Position numbers and translations under genes: made by a program
Shown: positions 45,897-54,760 of the stretch, piece after piece
How the letters are laid out: each line of letters starts with the position of its first letter
Position numbering within the stretch: the stretch's first letter is position 1
The notes under the pieces: model-generated
What the model was told of the DNA's origin: nothing
Databases searched by the model: none
What the model saw: only the letters and a program-made list of their open reading frames with translations
Assembly: GCA_028715115.1 (NCBI GenBank)
Contig: JAQUSN010000002.1
Coordinates: forward strand, 4,944 to 68,943
Length of the DNA stretch: 64,000 nt
Reading direction: 5' to 3'
Source of the DNA: Patescibacteria group bacterium
Lineage (GTDB): Bacteria > Patescibacteriota > Patescibacteriia > UBA2591 > UBA4787

Positions 45897-46499
45897 TTAT
45901 TCGATAACCTCGCGCCTTTTTATAGCGTTAGATAAAGTTATTTCATCGGCGTATTCCAAATCGCTGCCAATCGGTAAACCTCTAGCAAGACGGCTGATTT
46001 TTATTTTTAATGGTTTTAGCAAGTTAATTAAGTAAAGAGAAGTGGTTTCGCCTTCCAGATCAGGATTAAGGGCTAGAATTATTTCTTTGACTTTAACGGC
46101 CGATTTGGCGATGCGCTGTAATAATTGGTTGACGCGCAGGTTCTCCGGGCTGGTATTTTGTGTAGTACTGATTAAACCGCCCAAGATATGATAGACGCCC
46201 TTAAAATCTTGAGTTTTTTCCAAGGCCATTAAATCCTGCGGATCGGCGACTACGCAAATGATCGAGTGATCGCGATTTTGGTTGCCGCAAAGAGGGCAAA
46301 TGTTTTTTTCCGCGAAATTATTGCAAAGCGGGCAAAGCGATATTTTTTTTAATTCTTTAATGCTCGTTGAGAGTTTTTCCAGTTGGGCTGGCGATTTTTT
46401 TAATAAATAAAAAATAAACCGTTCGGCGGTTTTAGGCCCAATAGACGGGAATTGGGCAAACTCATTAATCAGATCTTGAAGATTTTTAGGATACGACAT
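45897..46499 (-). CDS. recR: Recombination protein RecR
   Basis: HhH N-terminus, C4 zinc finger CPLCNNFAEKNICPLCGN, and a Toprim domain. Confidence 0.9.
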   Translation of the reverse strand: MSYPKNLQDLINEFAQFPSIGPKTAERFIFYLLKKSPAQLEKLSTSIKELKKISLCPLCNNFAEKNICPLCGNQNRDHSIICVVADPQDLMALEKTQDFKGVYHILGGLISTTQNTSPENLRVNQLLQRIAKSAVKVKEIILALNPDLEGETTSLYLINLLKPLKIKISRLARGLPIGSDLEYADEITLSNAIKRREVIE

Positions 46500-46547
46500 G
46501 ACTGAAATTATTAAATTTTACCAGATAAAATTTTTATAGAAAATTCA

Positions 46548-47978
46548 TTAAAATGGTTCTTCGGTTTGGCTTACTGGTTGTTCGCCCGATTGTTCTTCGT
46601 TATATTCATAACTAAATTCTTCTGAAGGAGCAAACTGCAAATTCTTAAAGCTAGCCGTGTGCTCGTCAAAGAACAATTTAACCATGACGCCAGCTGGGCC
46701 ATGGCGATGTTTGGCAACATGAATTTCGGCTACACCCCGCTCTTCAGGCGGGCAGAATTTAATGCCACGGTCAGTGGCCTTGCGATAAATAAACAAAACC
46801 ACGTCGCTATCTTGTTCTAAACTGCCACTTTCTCTTAAGTCTGCTAATTTAGGAATAGCCGGTGTACGCGCTTCAGTAGCGCGAGATAATTGAGAAAGAG
46901 CGATAACCGGGATGTGCAGTTCTCGAGCAATGGCCTTTAAAGCGCGAGAAATAGCGGAAACCTCTTGAACGCGATTGTCAGCCCCTTCGCCGCCTTCCAT
47001 TAGTTGTAAGTAGTCGATAATAATAAGTCCTAGTCCATGTTCAGCTTGTAGTCTTCGGGCTTTAGTGCGGATTTCCATGATATTAGCCATCGGTGAATCA
47101 TCAATAAAAATCGGCGCTTCAGATAAAATATTAATTGAGTCGCCGATTTTTGAAAAGGCGCCTTCGTCGCTTTTTGATAAGGCGCCGGTTCGCATTTTCC
47201 ATAAGTTAATATTGGCCTGAGAGCAGATCATACGATCAACGATTTGTTCACGAGACATTTCCAGGCTAAATATGCCAACCGGAATTTTATGCAAGACCGC
47301 CACTTGGCGGGCGATATCAATTGCTAAAGCGCTTTTACCAACCGATGGGCGAGCGGCTAAAATAATTAAATCAGAAGCTTGTAAGCCGCCCAAAGCGGCA
47401 TCGAGGTCGGAGAAGCCGCAAGGTAAACCGCGCAACTTACCGCCGCTTTTATGAATTTCTTCGATACGAGTGAAGGCATCGCCAAGTACATCTTGGATGG
47501 GCGTGAAATTTTGTTTTAAAAATCTTTGGGAGACGGCAAAAAGTTTTTGCTCGGAACGATCGAGTATTTTATCAACCTGTTCTTCTTCGTCATAAGCCAT
47601 TTTGGTTATTTCGGTTGAGGCATTAATGAGATTCCTTAGAGTTGCTTTGCGTTGGATTATCTGGGCATAAGAAACTACATGAGTAGCACTGGGTACGCCA
47701 TTAGCTAAATCGGCTAAATGGCTTCGTCCGCCGATTAAGTCCAGCTGTCCCTTTTCCTCTAAACGGTTAGAGATACTTAAAATATCAATTGGTTCACGAT
47801 GCTCAAAAACTTCGAGCATAGCTTCGTAAATAATGCGATGAATGTCTTTATAAAAATCATCTGGGCCGATAATATCAGCGATTTTAATAATCGCATCTTT
47901 GTCTATTAGAAGACAGCCAAGCAACGCCTCTTCAGCTTCGATGTTTTGTGGTGGAAGTTTTTCTAGATTATTTTTCAT
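46548..47978 (-). CDS. dnaB: Replicative DNA helicase DnaB
   Basis: N-terminal domain (LPPQNIEAEEALLGCLL), Walker A GARPSVGKSALA, 476 aa. Confidence 0.9.
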   Translation of the reverse strand: MKNNLEKLPPQNIEAEEALLGCLLIDKDAIIKIADIIGPDDFYKDIHRIIYEAMLEVFEHREPIDILSISNRLEEKGQLDLIGGRSHLADLANGVPSATHVVSYAQIIQRKATLRNLINASTEITKMAYDEEEQVDKILDRSEQKLFAVSQRFLKQNFTPIQDVLGDAFTRIEEIHKSGGKLRGLPCGFSDLDAALGGLQASDLIILAARPSVGKSALAIDIARQVAVLHKIPVGIFSLEMSREQIVDRMICSQANINLWKMRTGALSKSDEGAFSKIGDSINILSEAPIFIDDSPMANIMEIRTKARRLQAEHGLGLIIIDYLQLMEGGEGADNRVQEVSAISRALKAIARELHIPVIALSQLSRATEARTPAIPKLADLRESGSLEQDSDVVLFIYRKATDRGIKFCPPEERGVAEIHVAKHRHGPAGVMVKLFFDEHTASFKNLQFAPSEEFSYEYNEEQSGEQPVSQTEEPF

Positions 47979-48077
47979 GTGAGATTTTCCCCATTAAACC
48001 CTTTACAATTTAATTTCTTTATTCTATAATTTTAGAACGTTTTAGACAACTCTCGTTTACACATTTTATCCCCATTT

Positions 48078-48317
48078 ATGCTTGATCATAAAGAAAACAT
48101 TCATGGTTATTTGGTTTATTATGATGACGAGGCGAAGTTGGGCATAGAACATTTGGCTCATGTTTTGAGTTTTGATGAAGCGCGGTCGATGTTTTTAGCC
48201 GCTCATCGTACTTTAGATAAAATAGATTTCGAAGATCGCCTGGGAAGAAACTTTGTTCTTATAGGCAGAATGGATGGCAATTTCGAACTTTATGCACGCA
48301 AAGAAGGATGGTTCTAA
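48078..48317 (+). CDS. Small hypothetical protein
   Basis: 79 aa ORF upstream of tRNA-Lys. No motif was recognised. Confidence 0.45.
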   Translation: MLDHKENIHGYLVYYDDEAKLGIEHLAHVLSFDEARSMFLAAHRTLDKIDFEDRLGRNFVLIGRMDGNFELYARKEGWF

Positions 48318-48332
48318 GTAAAACCAAAATAC

Positions 48333-48406
48333 GCCCCCTTAGCTCAGTGGTAGAGCAGTAGCCTTTTAAGCTATTGATGAAGGTTCGATTCCTTCAGGGG
48401 GTACCA
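48333..48406 (+). tRNA. tRNA-Lys (TTT), CCA encoded
   Basis: gccccct-ta-gctc-agtggta-gagc-a-gtagc-ctTTTaa-gctat-tgat-gaagg-ttcgatt-ccttc-agggggt-a-cca. Confidence 0.75.
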
Positions 48407-48534
48407 AGTAGTGCTAAGTCAAGTGACCGTGAGGGGTCGGCTAAAAATCGACCAAACATTGCCCTTGACTTAATCACCTTAAAAGAAAAACCACGGAATT
48501 TTATCCGTGATTTTTCTATTTTATCTTTACCTTT

Positions 48535-49896
48535 TTACTCCAGATGTATTTTTCTGTCTAGAAGTATTAACTTGCTTTGCAGACAAGTCAGCAATTCTCT
48601 TTTTTCAATCAGCGTTCCTTCTTTTAAGATGTATTTGGCATAGTTCCGGGTATTAATATCAGTATTCAATTTTACTTTATTACTTACTCCTAAGACCCCA
48701 ATTCTGAATTTGTTATATCTGGTCATCTCGTGTTCAATTTTTGCCTTGATACCCAGATCATCTAGATTAACTTTATTAATCATTTCAATTAATTCTTTAA
48801 TCAGGTTTTCTTCATTAATAGCCGAGTTCTTACAATCAATATTTCTGGCCTTGGTACAGCGGTAGTAGACATGGCGGTTGACTCCGCCATCTTTTAATTT
48901 CTTGAATTTCTCGTCAGCCGTAATGCCCGAGCCACAACAGCCGCACTTAATCAGTTTAGTGAAGGCAAATTCTTTGCTCTCGGTCTTGGGGATATAGTGT
49001 TGGTCTAGGGCTTCTTGAACTTTACCAAACACCTCTTTGTTAATAATCGGCGTGTGTTTGCCGGTATACCATTGACTACTCTTGGCAGGAAACTCGAATT
49101 CGCCGTAGTAGAACGTATTTCTTAGCAGCTCATAGACATTGGCAATTGATAGGGGTTTATTGTTTTTAGTCTTAAACCCTATTTCCTGAAACCAGCGATG
49201 AATTTTTCGGCCACTCCAGTTTTCATAAGCTACTTTTTCAAACATTTGTTTGATAATTACCGATCTTTTGGGGTCTAGCCGGCACTGACCCTTTTTATCA
49301 ACATGGCTTTCCATTAGATAGCCAGTCGGGGCCATGTTTGGTCGCCAGCCCATTTCGCATTTAGCTTTTAGCCCTCGTTTTACATTAACCGACTTATTAT
49401 CGTTCTCCAGTTTGGCATGACTACCTAGAATCATTAATAGAAATTTTTCATTTGGGTTGTTGGTAAATTTCTGGCTGTAGGTTTTAATTTCGAGCAACAC
49501 TCCTTGATCCATCAAATCAACCAAAGTTCCTAGGTCGCCGGCATTCCTACTTAAGCGATCCGGCGCCCAGGTTAGAATGGCATTAAATTTGCCACTTCGT
49601 ATCTCCTCAATCATTTGATTGAAGACAGGTCTTTGGCCAACTGCCTTTGATGAATGCGATTCCTTCTTGATCTCAATCACGTTGAGATTGTCGCGTTTAG
49701 CGATTTCTGACATTTCCTTGATCTGGCTATCAATGGAAAGTGCCTGCATTTCATCTTGCTCGGTCGACTTGCGAGCATAAAGGCAGTACTTGATGATAAC
49801 CGGTGTTTGGATTGCTTGCGGGTGTCTACTTAAAGTTGTTGTTTGTTCCATAGGTCTAAGGTTATTGATTAATCCCATGGAACATTGATGACGCAC
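48535..49896 (-). CDS. Large serine recombinase (paralog of 6284-7618)
   Basis: IIKYCLYARKSTEQDEMQALSIDSQ, a recombinase domain, and a Cys cluster CGCCGSG...YYRCTKA. Confidence 0.85.
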   Translation of the reverse strand: MRHQCSMGLINNLRPMEQTTTLSRHPQAIQTPVIIKYCLYARKSTEQDEMQALSIDSQIKEMSEIAKRDNLNVIEIKKESHSSKAVGQRPVFNQMIEEIRSGKFNAILTWAPDRLSRNAGDLGTLVDLMDQGVLLEIKTYSQKFTNNPNEKFLLMILGSHAKLENDNKSVNVKRGLKAKCEMGWRPNMAPTGYLMESHVDKKGQCRLDPKRSVIIKQMFEKVAYENWSGRKIHRWFQEIGFKTKNNKPLSIANVYELLRNTFYYGEFEFPAKSSQWYTGKHTPIINKEVFGKVQEALDQHYIPKTESKEFAFTKLIKCGCCGSGITADEKFKKLKDGGVNRHVYYRCTKARNIDCKNSAINEENLIKELIEMINKVNLDDLGIKAKIEHEMTRYNKFRIGVLGVSNKVKLNTDINTRNYAKYILKEGTLIEKRELLTCLQSKLILLDRKIHLE

Positions 49897-50039
49897 CTGG
49901 TCAGGGAGTCCAGGCCCTATTGTAGATAACTAATTCTTCATAAAGTTATCCACAAATTTCTATTGATAAAAATTAGTTTTGGTTATATATTCATAATATC
50001 AAGGTCGAATTATTAATTAATAAATAAACATTTAAAATT

Positions 50040-50303
50040 ATGCCAAGATTTAATAGTAGTGGTCCTGCTGGTTATGGCCCTCGGACTGGCTGGGGCTTGG
50101 GTCCTTGTGGCGCCGGAATGGCTTGGCGCAGAGGCGGAAGGTTTAGCCGCGGTTTTGGTTGGAGGAGATTTTGGGGTTATTATCCTACTCCTACTCAGAC
50201 TAAAAAAGAAGAAATAGAAACTCTTTCAGAAGAAGTTATTATTTTAGAAGAGGAACTCAAGACTATTAAAACCAGATTGGCCGAACTCAAAGGACAAAAA
50301 TAA
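50040..50303 (+). CDS. Gly/Arg-rich small protein with C-terminal coiled coil (DUF5320-like)
   Basis: PRFNSSGPAGYGPRTGWGLGPCGAGMAWRRGGRFSRGFGWRR...EELKTIKTRLAELKGQK. Confidence 0.5.
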   Translation: MPRFNSSGPAGYGPRTGWGLGPCGAGMAWRRGGRFSRGFGWRRFWGYYPTPTQTKKEEIETLSEEVIILEEELKTIKTRLAELKGQK

Positions 50304-50322
50304 AATTAAACAAGAAAACTTT

Positions 50323-50658
50323 ATGAAAATAGCAGTAAGTTCGATAAGGGAAACTATTGACAGTAGTGTTTCTGATATTTTTGGAAGATGTCCTTATTTT
50401 ATTATTGCTGAAATTGAAAGCCAGAAAATAGAAAAAACCGAAGCAATAGAAAATAAAAACACAGACCAAATGAGTGGTGTTGGTATTTCAGCTGCTCAAT
50501 TAATGGCAGAAAAAAATATCGATACCGTAATCACAGGTAATGTGGGTCCGAGAGCCTTAGATGTGTTAAGGCAATTTAATATTGATGTTTATTACGGAAA
50601 TGGAACGGTAAAAGAGATTTTACAAGATTTCATAAATGGAAAACTTAAGAAAATTTAA
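50323..50658 (+). CDS. NifB/NifX-family (dinitrogenase FeMo-cofactor-binding domain, PF02579-like) protein
   Basis: MKIAVSS...DIFGRCPYFIIAEIE...VITGNVGPRALDVLRQFNIDVY. Confidence 0.7.
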   Translation: MKIAVSSIRETIDSSVSDIFGRCPYFIIAEIESQKIEKTEAIENKNTDQMSGVGISAAQLMAEKNIDTVITGNVGPRALDVLRQFNIDVYYGNGTVKEILQDFINGKLKKI

Positions 50659-50660
50659 AA

Positions 50661-51008
50661 ATGAAAATTGTAATTCCGACTAATAAGAGAAATGGGCTTG
50701 ACGATAAAGTGGCCGACCATTTTGGTCGTTGCCCGACTTATACCTTTCTTAATGAAGAAGGCGAGATTGTTGAGATAATAGACAATACCAGCGAACATAT
50801 GGACGGCGTTGGTCTGCCGCCGGAATTGATGAAAAAACACGGAGCGAACATTTTACTTTGTAAGGATCTTGGACCGAGGGCTTTAAATTTATGTCAAGAA
50901 TTAGGTATAGATGTATATGTTTGTCGAGCAGAAACAGTAAGAGATGTTTTTGAAATGTGGAAAAATAATATAATTAAAAAAGCAAGTATAGGGGATACCT
51001 GCAAATAA
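50661..51008 (+). CDS. NifB/NifX-family (PF02579-like) protein, second copy
   Basis: MKIVIPT...HFGRCPTYTFLNEEGE...LLCKDLGPRALNLCQELGIDVY. Confidence 0.7.
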   Translation: MKIVIPTNKRNGLDDKVADHFGRCPTYTFLNEEGEIVEIIDNTSEHMDGVGLPPELMKKHGANILLCKDLGPRALNLCQELGIDVYVCRAETVRDVFEMWKNNIIKKASIGDTCK

Positions 51009-51024
51009 TATAAATAGTAAATTT

Positions 51025-51888
51025 ATGAAAATTGCGATTACTGGTGGAAAAGGTGGGGTGGGAAAATCAATGGTAGCGACTTCATTAGCAGTAGAATTTG
51101 CAAAACGAACCAAGACAATGCTGGTAGATGCTGATGCGGAATGTCCAAATGATCATCTCCTACTTTCCGTAAAAAGAAAAAAATATATAACAGTTTTTCA
51201 ACCGATTCCTAAATGGAATTTTAAGAAGTGTACAAAATGCGGTAAATGCGCTTCCGTTTGCAAACAAAATGCCATTGTTTTCACTAAAGGAAAATTTCCC
51301 GCTTTTGTTAAAGATGTTTGTATCGGATGTAAGGCATGTATTGTTACTTGTCCAACTGGCGCGATAACGGAAACTAAAAAAGAAATCGGGAAAATTTATA
51401 CTGGGAAAAATTATAATGTTAATTTAGTTTCTGGAGAGCTTAAATTGGGAGAATTGGCTTCCGGTGAGGTGGTGGCTAAGGTAAGAAAATATGCTGATAA
51501 AATTAATAAAAAAATAAAAGCTGAAATAACGATTATTGATTCTTCGCCGGGAATTGGTTGCCCTGTAATTGCTTCTTTAGTTGGCACTGACTATATTGTC
51601 GGCGTAACAGAACCGACGCCGTCAGCCCTTTTTGATTTGAAAAGGGTTTTATATTTGGCTGAACACTTTGGGATAAAGCGCGGCATAGTTATTAATAAAT
51701 TTGATCTTGAAGAAAGTTTTTATTCTGAGATAGAAAACTTTGCCAGAATAAATAAAATTCTAATCCTAGGAAAAATTCCTTACCGAAAAGATTTTGTTAG
51801 GTCAACCGTTAAAATGAAACCAGTAATTGAAATAAATCCAGTTTATAAAAAGTTATTTCAAGCAATTATTAAAAAGATATTAGAATAA
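51025..51888 (+). CDS. MinD/Mrp-like P-loop ATPase with 4Fe-4S ferredoxin-type Cys motifs
   Basis: Deviant Walker A ITGGKGGVGKS, plus CTKCGKCASVC and CIGCKACIVTCP. Confidence 0.75.
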   Translation: MKIAITGGKGGVGKSMVATSLAVEFAKRTKTMLVDADAECPNDHLLLSVKRKKYITVFQPIPKWNFKKCTKCGKCASVCKQNAIVFTKGKFPAFVKDVCIGCKACIVTCPTGAITETKKEIGKIYTGKNYNVNLVSGELKLGELASGEVVAKVRKYADKINKKIKAEITIIDSSPGIGCPVIASLVGTDYIVGVTEPTPSALFDLKRVLYLAEHFGIKRGIVINKFDLEESFYSEIENFARINKILILGKIPYRKDFVRSTVKMKPVIEINPVYKKLFQAIIKKILE

Positions 51889-51894
51889 ATTATT

Positions 51895-53046
51895 ATGAAT
51901 TTAAAATCTATTTATAAAAAATTTATAATTATTTTTATTTTAACCGTTTTTTGTATTATTTTTTCAATAAAAGTTAATGCTCAAAATAATCTTAATAATC
52001 AAAATGATGTTTCTTTACATATGTTTTACGGTCAGGGATGTCCTCATTGCAGTAAGTTAAAATTATTCTTGGATAACATGAGGAACAAATACTCGTCGTT
52101 GAAAATATATGAACACGAAGTTTATCAGGATCCTGAGGGAAGAAAGTTATTTGAACAAATGTCCCAGGCCTTTAATACTCCCATAAAAGGGGTGCCAACA
52201 GTATTTATTGATGATAAAGTAATTATCGGATTTAGCAATGAAATAGGAGATTCGATAGAAAATGAAATAAAAAGATGTTTGGAAGCCGATTGCATTGATC
52301 CTGAATTAATGGTGAATAAATCATTCCCAGACAATTTTGGTAAAAACGAAATTGTAAAAAAACTTACAATTCCCATTGTTGTTTCTGCGGCGGCAGTAGA
52401 CGCAATTAATCCTTGTGCTTTTGCGGTTTTAATAATTTTGATGACCGCTGTTTTGTCTATAAGCAGTAGGAAAAAGGCTTTAAATTTTGGTTTAGCTTTT
52501 ACAGCATCGGTCTATATTTCATATTTCTTAATAGGTCTTGGTTTATTTTCAGCCTTGCAGATTAGCGGACTTAGTCACAAGTTTTATATAGTAGTAACAA
52601 TTTTAGCTTTTATTGTTGGCTTATTGAATATTAAAGATTATTTTTGGTATGGAAAGGGGTTTTTAATGGAGATTCCACTGAGATGGAGGCCAACTATAAA
52701 AAGAATATTAAACAGCGTGACAACTCCTTTTGGAGCTTTTATTGCTGGTTTTGCCATATCTTTATTTGAATTACCTTGTACGGGCGGACCATATATAGTT
52801 ATCTTGGGCTTATTGGCAAAAGAAGTTACCAGGAGTACGGGAATTTTTTATTTACTTATCTATAATTTGGTTTTTGTATCGCCATTAATAATACTTTCCT
52901 TAATAATTTATAAAGGTTTATCTACTGCCAGCAAGTTAGAAGCAATAAGGCAGAAAAAAATAAAATTGTTGCATTTAATAGCTGGAATACTGATGCTTGG
53001 AGTTGCGACGGCTATGGTCATATCTTTGATCAAAGGTTGGGTCTAA
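51895..53046 (+). CDS. Thioredoxin-fold (CxxC) domain fused to DsbD/CcdA-type thiol:disulfide transmembrane domain
   Basis: Signal/TM segment, then FYGQGCPHCSKL, then a polytopic domain with the conserved Cys in INPCAFAV and ELPCTGGPY. Confidence 0.7.
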   Translation: MNLKSIYKKFIIIFILTVFCIIFSIKVNAQNNLNNQNDVSLHMFYGQGCPHCSKLKLFLDNMRNKYSSLKIYEHEVYQDPEGRKLFEQMSQAFNTPIKGVPTVFIDDKVIIGFSNEIGDSIENEIKRCLEADCIDPELMVNKSFPDNFGKNEIVKKLTIPIVVSAAAVDAINPCAFAVLIILMTAVLSISSRKKALNFGLAFTASVYISYFLIGLGLFSALQISGLSHKFYIVVTILAFIVGLLNIKDYFWYGKGFLMEIPLRWRPTIKRILNSVTTPFGAFIAGFAISLFELPCTGGPYIVILGLLAKEVTRSTGIFYLLIYNLVFVSPLIILSLIIYKGLSTASKLEAIRQKKIKLLHLIAGILMLGVATAMVISLIKGWV

Positions 53047-53071
53047 TTAATAATGAAAAATAATAACCGAA

Positions 53072-54121
53072 ATGAAAGAAAAAATAGCTAAAATTTCAAT
53101 ACTAACTAACGTGTTTTTAGCCGGAAGTAAATTAGCGGTTGGCTTTATAACTGGTTCTGGCGCTATTTTTGCTGAAGGTTTTCATTCGGGAATGGATGTA
53201 TTAACCTCGGCGATAAGTTTTGTCGGCATTAAAATAGCCAAAAAGCCCATCGATCAAAAACATCCTTATGGCCATTATAAATTTGAAGTTTTGGCCGGAT
53301 TAATAATAACTATTGTTCTGTTCGGAACCGGTTTATTTATTATATTTGAGGCGATTCACGAACTTCAGAGCCCTTCTCCCGCTGCAATTGGATACTTGGC
53401 ATTAGGTACGATGTTAATTTCAGCTGTGATTAATGAGATAATGGCGAGATTGAAGATTCATTATGGTAAAGAAGAAAATTCCGTTGCTTTATTATCAGAT
53501 GGATTTCATTCTCGAATAGATGTTTACGCTTCGCTAGTCGTTTTAGCAGGATTATTTTTGACTAAATACTGGGTTTATGTTGATTCAGCTTTGGCCCTAT
53601 TAATCGGTTTATATATTATTAAAGAATCATTTTCAATTGGTAAAGAAGCGGTTGATTCTTTGCTTGATGTTTCAGCTGGCGAAAAGATAGAAGAAAAAAT
53701 AAAAACAATAATTAAGACGCAGAATATTGAGATCTCATCCTTAAAAACTCAAAAAAAGGGTTCAGCCATTACCGCTAATATGGAAATAAAATTACCCAGT
53801 AATTTGAGCGTAGAAGAAGCGGTAAGAACCTCCGACAATTTGAGAGAAGAGTTAATAAAAGAAATTGAAAATCTTTCTTATGTCGCCATTCAGATCAAAG
53901 GTCATGAAGTAGAGACCGGATTTTATAAACCGGCTTTTGGTCAAAGTTTCGGTTGGCAAAGGAAAGGAAAATTTAGGAAAGAAATTAAAGAGGCAAAAGG
54001 AGGTGGACCCGGTGGTTATTGTGTTTGTCCAAAATGTGGTTATAAAATTCTTCATGAACGAGGCATTCCTTGTTTGACATTTGAATGTCCGAAGTGCAAA
54101 ATTAATTTAATTAGAAAATAA
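53072..54121 (+). CDS. Cation diffusion facilitator (CDF) transporter with C-terminal Cys4 zinc ribbon
   Basis: 6 TM. CDF motifs FAEGFHSGMD and HPYGHYKFE. A C-terminal CVCPKCGY...CPKC. Confidence 0.8.
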   Translation: MKEKIAKISILTNVFLAGSKLAVGFITGSGAIFAEGFHSGMDVLTSAISFVGIKIAKKPIDQKHPYGHYKFEVLAGLIITIVLFGTGLFIIFEAIHELQSPSPAAIGYLALGTMLISAVINEIMARLKIHYGKEENSVALLSDGFHSRIDVYASLVVLAGLFLTKYWVYVDSALALLIGLYIIKESFSIGKEAVDSLLDVSAGEKIEEKIKTIIKTQNIEISSLKTQKKGSAITANMEIKLPSNLSVEEAVRTSDNLREELIKEIENLSYVAIQIKGHEVETGFYKPAFGQSFGWQRKGKFRKEIKEAKGGGPGGYCVCPKCGYKILHERGIPCLTFECPKCKINLIRK

Positions 54122-54122
54122 T

Positions 54123-54404
54123 ATGGTTAGACCATTAAAACCAAGAAGAGTATTATTCGACCCCAATGTAACTTATTTTAAACCACAGGCAGTGCCTCTC
54201 TCAATATTAGAAGAAGTAGATTTGGGTGTAGACGAGCTGGAGACTTTACGACTTTGCGATTACAAAAATTTAGAACAAATTGAAGCGGCCAAGAAAATGA
54301 AAGTTTCTCAAAGCACTCTTCAACGAATACTAACATCAGCCCGCAAAAAAGTTGTTGAAGCTTTAATTGAGGGAAAGGCAATAAAAATTAGAAAAAATTT
54401 ATAG
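54123..54404 (+). CDS. DUF134 family DNA-binding protein
   Basis: MVRPLKPRRVLFDPNVTYFKPQAVPL... matches DUF134 (RRV.F.P....FKP). Confidence 0.65.
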   Translation: MVRPLKPRRVLFDPNVTYFKPQAVPLSILEEVDLGVDELETLRLCDYKNLEQIEAAKKMKVSQSTLQRILTSARKKVVEALIEGKAIKIRKNL

Positions 54405-54508
54405 CCAGGTATTCTTGTAAATTTAATTGACCTTTATCACAGAAATAAAAAAGATTTTAATTAATCTTTTTCTTGTTATTATAATTATTTTTTGTTATTA
54501 TTAACAAT

Positions 54509-54760
54509 ATGAAAGAAGAATTGACTCTTATTGATTTAAAAGAAAACCAAGAAGTTGAAATTATTTCTGTTGTCGGTGGACAAATGGTCACTAAAAGATT
54601 GGCTGATTTAGGATTAGTTTTCGGGACTAAAATAAAAATTTTAGGAAAAGCCCCATTTTGGGGACCAATAGAAATTGAGGTTTTGGGTTCAAAATTAGCT
54701 TTAGGCAGAGGGATAGCCTCTAAAATTTTAGTTAAAATTTTAGCCGAGAAACATGGCTAA
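54509..54760 (+). CDS. feoA: Ferrous iron transport protein A
   Basis: 83 aa SH3-like FeoA domain (LKENQEVEIISV...RLADLGLVFGTKIKIL). Confidence 0.8.
   Translation: MKEELTLIDLKENQEVEIISVVGGQMVTKRLADLGLVFGTKIKILGKAPFWGPIEIEVLGSKLALGRGIASKILVKILAEKHG

Noticed and set aside
6284-49896. The two homologous serine recombinases as the two ends of one ~43 kb mobile element
   Set aside because: The interval contains ribosomal protein genes, infC, ssrA/smpB, murA, dnaB, recR, holB and nrdD, which are core chromosomal genes. Two separate ~8.7 kb islands fit the boundaries better.
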